The notes under the pieces: generated by a model
Told to the model about the DNA's origin: nothing
The model's database searches: none
The model's input: the letters and a program-made list of their open reading frames with translations, nothing else
Shown here: piece by piece, positions 50,831-63,150 of the stretch
Layout of the letters: every line of letters starts with the position of its first letter
How positions within the stretch are numbered: position 1 is the first letter of the stretch
Made by a program: the position numbers and the translations under genes
Assembly: GCA_010015585.1 (NCBI GenBank)
Contig: ML975153.1
From: Eremomyces bilateralis CBS 781.70
Taxonomy: Eukaryota
DNA length: 64,000 nt
Direction: 5' to 3' (one strand)

Positions 50831-51594
50831 CACATCTAGAATCGCTGGGATTCCGAGGTCTGGCCTGGATCTAATCCAACTATTTGTGTTGCTATTTACT
50901 TGCTGTACTCCGCCATTGCCCTTGGCAAATTGGCATCCCCGCAGGGAGGGCGAGCAACGGCCTGGCAGCGATGAGAAAACCCTCTCAAATCCACGCACCA
51001 GCGCCCTATACCACTGGGCACTGAAGCCTGAAAGCTTTGGGATTTGCAAGCTGATAAAGTAATAAGATCCCTAGTTACCTGTAGAGCAACCCTATTAGTT
51101 CCTGAAGGTTTATGAACATGGGACCCTGGTGGTCGTGGTGAAGTCGAGAGTCGAGACAGTTGACTCCATGCGTTCGCCTTGTCAAGCACATATCAATCAC
51201 TTCTTCACGGATGGATACATACTCGTACATGATCATCCGTAATACATCCATACGTGGTATATCACCGCTGAGTGCAGGAACCGATGAACGATGGTGGATC
51301 AGCGCCGATCGCGTTTCCCTCTTTTCCAGACCAGGGGATCCTTGATCAGCCGCTGCACCAATGACCAAGTCCAACATCATCCACATAACCAGTGAAACCA
51401 CACGCCTAACACCCTGATAAGGTCTAGACAATTGATATCCCTTCAAGCTTCATAGCACCTTATCCGCCTTCACGTCAATAGTTTACCATTTCGACCGCCA
51501 CATTCTTCGCGTCAAGTACCGAATCCGAACCATCATTGGCCTAACGTGGAGTCGGCTTGAATCGCTGTGAGTTGCGACGCGCCGGCTCCCAACC

Positions 51595-53044
51595 ATGCTT
51601 CTCCCGACACATGGAGGCACTGGAGGGACATGGAAAGCTGCGAAGAGCCAGCTTCTTCCCACGAGAGCAATATGGAGCTGCTTCTCACGCTCGCGAATCC
51701 TCGGATCTGTCCTTGGGGGGGTGGTAATATTTCTGCTATGGCGTTTCTTCGGTGGACCATCGAAGGATATGTCCAGGTTTGCCTAATATCAGCTTTGATG
51801 TCATGCGCAGCGAGGCTAATTCATTCTTAGATTCTACTGTTCCGGCCCCTCCAAGCCCCCAACGGAGATGACCGCCCAGGAGCAGGCGAGATGGGCGTCG
51901 CACATTAATACTCCGGTCCTATTCAACTACCACAAGCCCATCACCGTCAACTCCACCACCATCGAACCCGTCGACCTGAACCCCGTCACCTCAACCCCAC
52001 AAGCCGTCTCCAAGGGCGAGCGCGTCCTCATCCTCACCCCTCTCCGCGATGCCGCTCGCTTCCTCCCTCGATACTTCGACCTCCTCTCCGTCCTCACATA
52101 CCCCCACCACCTCGCCGACCTAGCGTTCCTGGTGGGCGACTGCACCGACGACACTATGGGCGTCCTCGCCGCGGAACTGGACCGCATCCAATCCAGCCCG
52201 CAGGAAGGCATCCCGTTCCGTAGCGTCTCCATCGTCCAGAAGGACTTCGGCGGCCCGCGTCTCAGCCAGGCGGTGGACGATCGGCATGCGTTCGAGATCC
52301 AGGCGCCGCGGCGGAAGGCCATGGCGCGCGCACGGAATTATCTGCTGTCCGCGTCGCTGCGCCCAGACCATTCGTGGGTGTACTGGCGCGATGTCGATAT
52401 TTATGATATTTCGCCGACGATCATCGAGGATTTGGTGTCGCACGATAAGGATATTGTGGTGCCGAATGTCTGGTTCCATCGGTACGAGGAGGTGAATGGA
52501 AAACTGACGGACATTGAAGGGAGATGTATGTGTCTCCCTATCGCTTATTGCCGCCCTTGCTGATAAGGTAACAATACAGTCGATTACAACTCGTGGCAGG
52601 AGTCGGCCAAAGGACTGAAACTAGCGGCAGGGCTTGACAAGGATGTTGTTATTGCAGAAGGTAACAGAATCCGTTCTTCTACTGGAATGACATACTCATC
52701 GTTTTCTAGGATATAAGGAGTTCAGCACAGGTCGGACGCATATGACGAAAATGGGAGATTGGCGCGACCCCGACCGGCACAAGGAGATCCCGTTGGACGG
52801 GATCGGGGGCGTCTCGATCGTGGTGAAAGCCGATGTGCATCGCTCAGGTATGTGACCTCGAACCCACTCCAGCGCGTATCCTGACCCTGTGTAAGGAATC
52901 AACTTCCCCTGCTACGCCTTCGAGAACCAGGCCGAGACGGAAGGGTTCGCGAAAATGGCGAAACGCGCTGGTTACTCCGTGGTTGGGCTGCCGAACTATA
53001 TCGTCTGGCATATCGACACCGACGAGAAGCCTGGGAACGCTTGA
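51595..53044 (+). CDS. Golgi mannan polymerase subunit, GT62 (Van1/Anp1/Mnn9) family, multi-exon
   Basis: Type II N-terminal TM segment, ERVLILTPLRDA, LTYPH.L.DLAFLV, RRKAMARARNYLL, DHSWVYWRDVD (DxD), KDIVVPNVW, DYNSW, LDGIGG...VKADVHRSG, FENQAETEGF.KMAKR.GY...GLPNY.VWH. Confidence 0.93.
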
Positions 53045-53524
53045 TCGTCCGTGATGGTTAGTTTACGATGGGCATGTTTGCGATGCTCACTCAAGGGATC
53101 CATGTTTAAACGGAAAATGTCCGGACCTACGGAAGCGTTTTGGGTATTTTCGTTGCGATGGCCGTCGTCGCATCGCATACACCTGACACCTGAGTCTGGA
53201 CTATGATAATGATGGCGTTTCAATCCTCTTACACGTCCGGCGAAAATGGCTATCATTAACTATAGATGGAGATACCGATACAGGGAATTGTACAACAGAT
53301 GGAAGTATGGCCCAAAGATTTCGAGGCGGGTTGGTCGAGCTCTGGAAAACTTGACGGAGTCAGGGGTGTTTCTGTTCATTGACTTTTGTTCTTGAACGGG
53401 AAGATGGGACCGACTGGATGCCTTCCACTAAGTTAATAGTTTCATTGGAATATCTATAGTGATAGACAAACAAATATGTTCGATAAAAGACCTTCATATT
53501 GTAGTTCTTGAATGATGGTGACTA

Positions 53525-53775
53525 CAAGGGGCCTCCGGGGGGGAAGAAATTGAGTTACGTTTCTTGGCATTCCCCTAAGCACAGTTCCCACGATCTTAAC
53601 CAGAACGCGGCGGAGAATTCACTAAAACAGACCTCTAGTAGTTGCTTAATTAGGAAAAGAGTATACTTTTTGGTATTATGTTGTTTTTGAGCGAATTGGG
53701 CCTGTCTGTAATGGTGGTGATGGTTGGGGGAATGCCAAGAAACGTAACTCAATTTCTTCCCCCCCCAAGCCCCCG
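53525..53775. mobile_element. MITE-like non-autonomous element (251 bp), TA-flanked
   Basis: Perfect 39-bp inverted repeat GGGGGGGAAGAAATTGAGTTACGTTTCTTGGCATTCCCC (53537-53575 vs 53727-53765). It extends imperfectly to C...G ends flanked by TA (53523-53524 and 53776-53777). The interior is non-coding and AT-rich. Confidence 0.75.
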
Positions 53776-53975
53776 TAGGGAGTAAATCCATAATCACGTG
53801 AAGCATGTGGCGCCGTACCAGACGGACTCGATGCTGGAGCTCGTAGGATTCAGACGTCCATAATTAATACAGTAAATTTCCTCCCAGCATAAACTAATAA
53901 GTACACTTGAGCTTCTCCGACAACGTGCATTCCGATTCCTATTTTTGCGACAGTCTTTACATATCACGGGCCCAG

Positions 53976-55831
53976 ATGGCGTCCAGCGAGAAGAGCTCCG
54001 CTCCCAAGATCCCCGGCGGAGGGCTCTCACTCTATGCGCATTTACTAGATCCAAAATCCAAGGAAGAGGGGGGAGGAGGGTCCGGCGTCATATCGCGCGG
54101 TCCAGTCATTTTCAAGAAAGATGAACAGACGGAGGAAGAGGCGCTAGAAGCCGCGAAGAAGCAGAACATTGCCGGTACCGAGTCTTTGATCCCCTAGGTC
54201 ACCACGTTTGTGAAAGGCAATTGCAAATGGCTCACTGTTTTCTGGGGATTGTTCCCGTTGCAATCCAGCAGCCGCTCTCCGTTTTCAACCGATGAGAAGA
54301 CCACAAGTACAGAAGGCCAAAGTGAAGCCCGCATTCCCCAAAGTTCCGACGGCGCCTGCGCAGGCGACCGCGGCGCAGGCGTCGAGCGATGGCCCTGCTG
54401 CACCCGCGATACCTCGAAGCACCCTGGCGGATTGGGCCGGGGAGGAGGAGGACGACGATTACGCATACGTCGAGAAAAAGCAGCAGCAGCGGAAGAAGAA
54501 GCGAAAGAAGAACAAGCACGGCGACGCGCCTCTCGCGCAGAACTGGGACGACATCTACGATCCGATGCGGCCGAACAACTATCAGGAGTACAGGAAGAGC
54601 GACGAGCAGTACCGCGCGATTTCGGAGTGGAAGCAGAGGCTTCATGCGCACCAGCTGGCGCGGCGGCGATCGGCATCTGCGTCTAGCGATGAGGGGACGT
54701 TCAATCGCAATGGTATGTATAGCCAGACACGGAGTCAAGGAGTCAAGAAGTCGCTAATCATCCGCCAGCCCGGTTCGCCCCCCCTTCTAACTACAACTTC
54801 GCGCCGCCGCCGAACCTCGACGCTACCGCCGACGAAACTATGGGAGGCACAAGTCTGGCAACTGGCGACGATGCTTACCTTCGACGTATGCGCTTGAGCG
54901 GCGTAGGGACCGAGGCGGGCGACGAGATATCGATTTCACAGCCGACACTCGGTCAACAGAACCAAGTACCGGATATACCGCCGCCACCTTCAAGTACCTC
55001 ACCCCTACCCCCGCCGCCTCCCTCCGCACCTTCCGGCCCACCCCCCGAGCCAAACACCGCCGGCGCGATCATCGCGCGTGCCCCCGTCCGCTACAACCTC
55101 CCCCTACCCCCCTCAAACGTCCCCTCCACCGATGCAGAACTACAAGCGGCGATCAACGCAAATGACGAGCTAGACGACGCGCCCCCCTCGCCGTCCGAGG
55201 AACCGCCCGCCCGCTCGAACCGGCCGGGCCAAGCGGGCTTCGCGGAGCGCCTGCTGCGAAAGCAGGGCTGGGCGCCAGGGCAGGGGCTCGGCGCGGAGGG
55301 GACAGGGATCACAAAGGCGCTGCACGTCAAGGTGGAGAAGCGCAAGGTCGCGCGGACGGATGAGGAGGGGGTGGTGTCGGTGTCGTCGTCGAGTAGGGGG
55401 AAGATCATCGGGGGGAAGAAGGGAAAGGCGGCGAAAGAGGAGGAGAGCGAGTTTGGGAAGCTGAGTGAGGTGGTGCGGTTGGATGGGATGCTGGCGGGGA
55501 TGAGCCGAGAGGCCATTGTAGCGGAAGAGGCGGAGGGGATGCTGGGCGAGATTGGAGAGGAGTGCGGGGCGAAGTACGGTCGAGTCGAGCGTGTGTTCGT
55601 TGACAAGGATGGACTCGACGAGAGCGGTGGGATGGGAGCACCGGTGTTCGTGAAATTCACGGCGCCGTTGAGCGCCTTGCGGGTAAGCGTTCATCTCCGA
55701 TGCGCATTCCGGAAATCCAGCTAATTTGATCGTAGGCTGTAAACGCGCTCGAAGGGCGGATCTTTAATGGAAACAAGATCAAAGCTCGGTTCTTTGACGT
55801 GGTCGATTTCGAGAAGGGCAAGTATTCGTGA
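53976..55831 (+). CDS. SPF45: Splicing factor 45 (RBM17/DRT111 homolog): SPF45 motif, G-patch and C-terminal UHM/RRM; 4 exons
   Basis: GGLSLYAHLLDP, ALRFQP, WDDIYDP.RPNNY.EY, G-patch GFAERLLRKQGWAPGQGLGAEGTGI, UHM EIGEECGAKYGRVERV...VFVKF....SALR|AVNALEGRIFNGNKIKARF. Confidence 0.9.
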
Positions 55832-56134
55832 ACCGGATCAGGGGGTTTGCGCTCGACTGATTCTCGCCAAATGCTTTCACAGCTGGCAGGCACTTCTCAT
55901 CGGACTGATCTGTTCTAATTCCATACCCCACGTTAATTTTATGCATGTACATCATATCCGTGCCCTTCATCGTTAAGGTGAATACCGCTCAGGCAGCGCT
56001 CCGCTATGATCAAAGTGTCCAAATATTGACCCTCAACTTGATACTCCACCATGTGCTTTTGATAATTTGACAATGCCAGGCCAGAAAATCCCGTCGCCGT
56101 CCAAAAACCAGCTCCCCCGAATGCCCTACCTATG

Positions 56135-57238
56135 TCAACCGATTCCGAGCGGCAGATACAGCCGTGTATTGCTCCGTCCATAATCCCCCCTTGCCTTTGC
56201 CGTGAGCAGCCGCTTCTGAATCTTCGCACCCATCGCCTGCGTCCGGAACGCCAAATCCTTGTACTCCGGCGTCCCACTCCCGTTAGGCTTCGAACCCATC
56301 TGCATCAAATCCTCGTGCATCGCCGCCTGCTTCTCCCGCATCTCCATCCAGTCGCCCAGCGTCGTGGCGTTCTGGAAACACACTGCGAAGCCGTCGCACG
56401 CGCAGGTGAACACGTCGGGGCAATGCTCGCCTTCGCCGAGGAACAGATACTGCCACATGTATTCAAACACCCGCGCGACATGCGTGTTCGGCAGAGGCGT
56501 CTCTTCCACCCATTGGCGGTAATGCATCCACCGTTCCAGCGACATCGACCGGATCATCGGCCGGGTGACGGCGAACTGCGAGTACGCTGGCGCCGCCAGG
56601 CGCGCAGGAAGCGCCGCGTCTCCGTGCAGCTCCCGCCACGCCTTGCGAAACAGAGACTGGTCGATTTCCTGGAAATCGTCTTTGGCCTTCGCGGCGTAGA
56701 GGTCGATGTCGGAGGAGAGGGGCGTGGTGGTCGTGTTGAGGTCGATCGAGGAGGCGCCGCAGCCGGGGGCGTGCTCGCATCGCAGCGGTTGGTAGCCCTG
56801 CTTCATGACGTGGGCGAGGTTGAGGCGGGCGATGATGGACGAGGTGCTGAATCCGAGGAGGTCGTTCTGGTGCCATGTGGAGGCGTGGGCGTGGACGAAG
56901 ACGGAGACGTCTGGGAGCTGGTCGTAGTGGTCGATCACGTATTCGAGGAAAGCGATCGGTTCGACGGAGGACCTGTTCGTCGCGACGGAGCGGGCGCCGT
57001 CCTGGAGACTTCCATCGAGGCTGTATATGGCCTTATCCAGATCGCGAAAGGTGTGTTCCACCCATTTGATGGACTGCTTGCAACATTGGGAGACTACCAG
57101 CGTGGTGCTATATTTGGCCCGTTGGGATGGTTCACGGAGCTTAGCTGCCGGCCTGGTGGAGGAGAAGTTGTACAGGAGGAGCAGGAAGGAGCACACGAAA
57201 AAGACACCAGTAAGGACAATGCCTTTCTGTAGTATCAT
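56135..57238 (-). CDS. DUF3431-family type II membrane protein, 367 aa
   Basis: N-terminal TM segment; E..AFLEYVIDHYDQLPDVSVFVHAH..WH.ND, GYQPLRC...PGC, SQFAVTR..IR, YRQW..ETPL, RVFEYMWQYLF.G...CP....C.C. Confidence 0.85.
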   Translation of the reverse strand: MILQKGIVLTGVFFVCSFLLLLYNFSSTRPAAKLREPSQRAKYSTTLVVSQCCKQSIKWVEHTFRDLDKAIYSLDGSLQDGARSVATNRSSVEPIAFLEYVIDHYDQLPDVSVFVHAHASTWHQNDLLGFSTSSIIARLNLAHVMKQGYQPLRCEHAPGCGASSIDLNTTTTPLSSDIDLYAAKAKDDFQEIDQSLFRKAWRELHGDAALPARLAAPAYSQFAVTRPMIRSMSLERWMHYRQWVEETPLPNTHVARVFEYMWQYLFLGEGEHCPDVFTCACDGFAVCFQNATTLGDWMEMREKQAAMHEDLMQMGSKPNGSGTPEYKDLAFRTQAMGAKIQKRLLTAKARGDYGRSNTRLYLPLGIG

Positions 57239-57779
57239 TATGCTATTGGCATATTGACGGGGTGGATCGGAGCGAGAACGTACTTAGGTACGCATATCGC
57301 AGCTCTTCAAAGGCGTCTCGCCGAAAGGAGGTAAGGGATGAACACACCACAAACCAGGACCAGGACGGAGAACCGGAAGATTGGGGAAGAATGAGGATGA
57401 CGTGGAAAGGCCACCAGTCACGTGGGTATCGAATCACCCCTGAATCACCCCCTCAGTCACCCCCTGAATCCCCGACGTCAACCTCATTGGAATTTCTCAC
57501 TGGATGTTTACCAATGGATACGATAGCGGATTTTCAAAGCAAGGCATGCGTTCACGATAGCATGGTGCAATTGAGGAGATGGTGTCATGGTGGAAATGCT
57601 GTTAATACCCAGACCGTAGTGACTCCGCAGCGTTATTGGACATAGACGTTTCATTCCGCACTGGTTCGGACTCATCTCCTGTGTTTAAGTGCTGGGAGTT
57701 ACATAAAACAGCATCATACAGAAATAAGAGCCGGTATTATTAGGGATGTTATGGATTCATCCTGCTCCTAGTAATACAA

Positions 57780-59612
57780 TCACACGTTCGTAAATCGGAG
57801 TCTCCCAGGCACATCCATATGCTGCTCTGTAAGCTTGTCTAGCTTCAACACGTTGAATCGAGAGATATTCAACTCATTTGAAGCTTCCCCTACAGAGGCA
57901 TTATCTGCGGTATCAAGATTAAGCTGCCTCACTCGCAGCGTGTCAAAGATCGGCGGCCCAATGCTGTTGTTGAGCCACTTATTCTCGGGCCGCGTCTCCA
58001 TCAGCTGGATCTCGAACCGCAGCACGATCTGCGCGAGGAGCAGCTTCAGCTGGTTGGATGCGAAGAATCGACCTGGGCTTCACGTCGTTAATGTGTTGAA
58101 TCGGACATTGGACATTCAAGTACATACCAGGCGTGCCGGCCGTGCGAAAATCCCATAAACGTCTCACTGGTCGAGACCATGGCGTGCGGCTTCCCATCGT
58201 CGCCTTCGAGGTGCCGAAACGGCTCGAACCTCATGGCATCGTGCCAGAAATCTTCATCATGTTGCGCGGAGTAACTGGTCACGCCGACTTTCATTCCGTA
58301 AGGGATATACTCGCCACTGGGCAACGTGATCCCCTCCTTTTTCTTGACCATCTTCATCACGCCGCGAGACAAGAAGCCCCACAGTCGCATACTTTCACGT
58401 AGAGTACTGTCAATTCGCGTCATGCTCTGCAGAGCTAGTCGCTGCCACTGCTCGGACTCCGGGCGGGATGAGACCACACCGTGGACTTCGGTGCGCAGGC
58501 TACTCTGTATGGCAATGCAATTCGGTGATGATGCAATGTCGAATAATACGTTCGTAATCGTAATGACTGACGACTGGATCGCCGCAAAGGTAAGAACGGT
58601 GAGACGTTTCGCGATGAATTCCGGATCGCGACCTCGTATCGACTCCTCGTCGAAGTGGGTATAGGCATCATGAAGCGCCCATTGAATGTAGTCGTTATGC
58701 CTGGAGTAATCCGGGTTCTTATACTCGCACGGTCTCGTACCAAACTCGTACTCAATAATCCTAGACTGGATGACTGGAATGATTGCCTTGCGAATTCCGC
58801 GGTAATGGTACATGTCGAATGCTTGGATGATAGGGGCGAATATTGGCCGCAAAGATGGAGGTAAAAGGTGCAAGAATGTCGCAACTATGACCACATATCT
58901 CGCAAACGTACTGCTCGACTTCGTGTATCCTTCATCTCGACAAAGGGGGAGACCAACGAGCACCCGGTTGGAGATTCTCGCAATGACTTGCAGCAGACTT
59001 TGATATAGAGGCACAGCCTTCCATCCGAGAAGGTCCGGTTTAATGGTTGCATGGGAACCCCAGATGTCGTCCAAGCTGGTGGTGATCTCGTCCACGATGT
59101 CTGCGGAGTAGCAGTCCAGCCACTTGGTCATCTCCCGATTGATGACTCGCTTGTGGACAGTATCAGAGAGAATGCGGGGGTGCAGCATCGTCCGATCCCC
59201 AGCCAGGAATTGCACATTGGTCGCGTTCTGGTCCATGATGTGATCCGGCTGGTTCAGTAGCCACGGCATCTGCGAGTGAGGGATGATAACCTCCGGACCG
59301 GTTAAGATATTCGGCAGAATGTATGCTTTGCCGGCTTTGGAGTACTGCAAACGGGTTACTCTAGGGCCACCCCGCTTGGATAAGGAGACTGACCTTTTGG
59401 TACCCGTCATTGATCACGTCTTTCATCCTGAAAAAGCTGAGTAGAGTCGACTTTGCACGGGCGAAGGCCCCTTGCTTGCCTTCTGCGCATCCCGCCCAGG
59501 GAATGCTGGGTGGGAGCCCATGACGAGAGAACAGCCTTTTGAAGATATAGCTCACGGCAATGGTAATGCAAATAACAGTGACAAGAGCCCAGAGTTGTAC
59601 AGGAAGACTCAT
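57780..59612 (-). CDS. Cytochrome P450 (ent-kaurene-oxidase-like fungal clan), 3 exons
   Basis: N-terminal TM anchor, GYQK|YSKAGK, I-helix FAAIQSS, K-helix ESMR, FEPFR, heme motif FSHGRHA(C)PGRFFA with the Cys codon split by an intron (~58078-58127). Confidence 0.92.
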
Positions 59613-61774
59613 ATTTCTAGCCTGAAAGTTCCTTTTGGGATGCAATCGGTATGAATATTCACAATGCTAAGGGAGATGAGAGCATGAACGGAGTATAATC
59701 ACAAAGGGGATTGGTACATATATGGCACCAGTTTACCAAACCACAAACTGAACTGATCGGATAGTTGTGGCTTGTATTGACATTGAATGGGTGTCTTCAG
59801 CAGCCGAACAGGTTTATATTGACAGGCAATGGCTTCAACGCAAGGCTAGGACGGGAGAATGAGATTTGCCAAAGGATAATTGCTTTTGATGTTGGTATCA
59901 GGTTGCGTATAGACAAATGCCCATTGCAGGTCAGGAAGCCAATTCAGTGCGAGGTGTATGACTCCACACACCGGACAACCGGCGGAATCCAGCAAGAATA
60001 TGGACAGGCTTGAAAGAAAACGTCGAAGGACTTGATATGGAAATGAATTAACATTCAGAGAAAACAAATGGCGAAAGATGACAGTTCAGTGACTTCCTCT
60101 GTGTCCCACAGATAGCACTGCCTTGGAGGTCAAAGTCAAAGAAACAGGATTGGTAAACCGAGAATAGGAAAGGTGCGTCTAGGAATTCCACATGCTCGTG
60201 AATTCTTGCCCATATTGCGGAAGAGCAAAGCATAGCCGGAAACAATGGATACATATCGAGTTAACGCCGGGACTGCAGAAGGTTCTGTATCTAAGTTAGG
60301 TTGTCGATTGTTAGAAGACATCCCTGGGGGTTGAGCGCCATTGTTCGGGATGATCCGCGTAAACTAGGAGACCTCCAGTGGAGAAATATTGCCATACTAG
60401 ATTACTAGTAAGTTCTGGATCTGTATTAGGCAGACGTACAAACCAAGAACAAGTTGTTATCCGTTAGCCCTGGTTAGTGGCGTCGCTACTAAACAATAGA
60501 AAACCTCGCTATTCCGCAACACGACGTGGTGCATGCCATCCAACTATCCAAGGCATAGGATGTGATAGGAGTAGAGCTTTGGAAGAATAGCTTGTCCGGC
60601 TACCAAATCTTAGCAATCAGTAAGCATGTAGTCCAGTATCCTCCGTGTCGGATACGTTCGCTCACTTGCTGGGACATACGAATCCTTCGACCCGAAAGCC
60701 CGGTTGATCCAGGTTACCAATCGAGGTATGTCTGCTCTCGGCAAGTCGACAAGACTCTAAATTCTAATCAATGCCTATACAGGGTCCTTAAGCCCCAGCA
60801 AGCCTTCCAATAATGTGAGTATGTGACGAGCCAGCTGAGAGGGAACCATCAACTCATCACTGTTCTACTGCACGCGACGCATGGTGGAAAGTTAGCTTTT
60901 CGAGCCGATATCAAGGTAAAAGGACCAGTGACAGCGGGAATGAAGGCAGCTAAAGTTGAAATCTCCGGGCAATAATGGCCGTGCGAGTTTGACATTTTCT
61001 TTTATGATTTTGTGAGGATAGTCTTGGTCTCTTGGATGAATCTCAGCCACCTCGCTGCACCAGGTGCCGTTTCTGGCACTAAGACCCGTGCGCCCCATTG
61101 TGTCCTCATTAAAAAAGTCTCAACAGAATATATGGGCCTTTAACGAATCGGCAGCGATGTCGATGGATCCATGGCGTTGGGTCATGTTGATCATCCCTAT
61201 TATTGACTAGCAGAAATATAGTATCATTCCTGGACCTTTGAGTTTTGACAACTTCGTCAATCGCTAGTCATAACTCATGATAGCGATAACTGACCGTGAG
61301 TACTAAGTATCTACGCAGTGTGCGACTTTTCCTGTCCGATTGTCAAGGATTGGACTAAGGCATCAAGCATGTGTAACGGATCCATCACTTTGGATTCGAT
61401 ACGGACGGGAATCAACATGTCGTGCGCGGTGCGTTTCCTTATCCCTCGTGGCTTCAGAATAGGGGTTCCACCCAATCACCGTGGAACCTTCGTCTCAACC
61501 TTCCATCCCTCGAAGGGTAAAGGGAGGAAAAGCCGAGTGTGGAACACGGCAGGATGTCAGGATCTGACTTCTGATCGGCTCGGACCACCCCTGACGATCG
61601 ACAGGACACGACTTACGAGTTACGACACATTCACATAGCCCCAGGCCATCCTCCCGTTGTTATTGTATCGCGAATGGCATCAACTGCACAATATCTCCTC
61701 CGATTGGACGGTGAAGTATGCATGTTCCTCCTAGCATGGAATCTCTTCCACCTTTCCCGAACCGCTGGAATCAA

Positions 61775-61800
61775 GCGATGCAGCGATGCAGCGATGCAGC
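61775..61800. repeat. 8-bp microsatellite (GCGATGCA)x3
   Basis: Seen directly. Confidence 0.8.
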
Positions 61801-63150
61801 AAAGTTCGATATTGGAGCACGACACCACGGCTCCTGCGTCCGAGGTTCCGAGCTGGATTGCGTGAGGAACTCTCCAGTCTTGCAAAACTCTCCGATGGGC
61901 CGGTGAAGCTGTCAAACTTCCCGCTGTGGAGCCGGTGGAGTTATGGAGTGTGGAGTATGGTACGTAGGAACCGTACGATACTCGATATTCAATACTCGAT
62001 ACCAGGAGTCGACACATACGGAGCCGACTCCAGACTGCCAAGTTGGGTGTCACTAGATTTGAGAGCAGCCACAAACGCCATCGGCTTAGTCTCCCATTTG
62101 CAGGACATGAGAAAATGACGATCTACAAACACCCCAAACCGCATAGGTATGGTCACTCTCTATATGATTGGCATTTTATATTCGGAATTCCTTAAAGACC
62201 AGGTTGTTGACCAATCCTTCTCCTGAATCCTCTTCTGATGATTCTCGGTCCGAGTCCCCAGAAAGATGGAAGCACCGCTGACGTTTCATCCTTTCCGACG
62301 GTATGTAAATGGCTCCCTGTCTCAATCCCAGAAATCCATTACCCTATTACTTACGGATATTAGTTTGGTTAATTTTTAAGGTTCCCTACTCCCTAGTCAC
62401 TCGGCTCACTGCCTAGGATAATTCGGTAGCTTACCCAGTGGAAGGGTGCGCTACTGTACCGTACGCAGTCCTCCCGCGGCTCCACCTAAAGGACGAGCTC
62501 GAATAAACTCCAGCGAGTTTGAAATTTGAATGCTTTAAGGCCTGAGCACCGCAAGTACTCCTTACGGAAGACAGGATTTACTGTCTATGCTCAGGTATGT
62601 CAAATCATTTGCGCCATTTTCAGAGAAAGCCTTGGCTTAGTGCAACTGCTCCACGGTGTGTCCAACGACAGTGGCTTCCAATGATATTCGGATAGACGGC
62701 TTATCGAACTCCCGGATCCACACTATTGTTTCTCAGACCCGAACATGGCCTGATTATTTGGAACAGTATGGAAACTGTTCACTACAGCCTACGGGATATC
62801 AAGTAAGGGATATTGTTACCTGTTAGACAACGGAACTAAGGCAGCTGAACTACTCCGCACTTCGGCTCGACTAGAGCTAGCTTCCTGTGGTTGAGTGAGC
62901 CTCCTCCAGTATTTCGCTGACTTCCCGTTTCTTGGGTACATTCTCTCTCTATATAAGAAGCCTTTCTTGCAGCTTGTTTTACTGCTATTCATTTGTATTC
63001 TTATATAGTCCATGTTCCTGGCGTAAAATTCTTGATTTCCTTCTTGTATCGTCCACCGATTTCCTAAGTCCCCTTTCCGCTTCGGTGAATATCTCAGTTT
63101 TCAGTCGCACAAATCTAGGGATACTAGTCTTGTACAATATACCTGCAATC

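Noticed and set aside
50880..51480. Minus-strand coding-like fragments next to the pogo relic
   Set aside because: No diagnostic motif; identity cannot be assigned.
45958..53775. Possible Starship or other giant element, suggested by the ferric reductase and transposon debris
   Set aside because: No DUF3435 tyrosine-recombinase captain gene or element boundaries are visible, and core genes are interleaved.
56132..57232. 366-aa + strand ORF antisense to the DUF3431 gene
   Set aside because: Shadow ORF produced by GC-rich codon bias on the opposite strand. Arg/Gly/Val-rich with no motifs.
59750..61300. Possible HET-domain or other pseudogene (SAGCPVC fragment on the minus strand)
   Set aside because: Only one weak motif and no collinear support.
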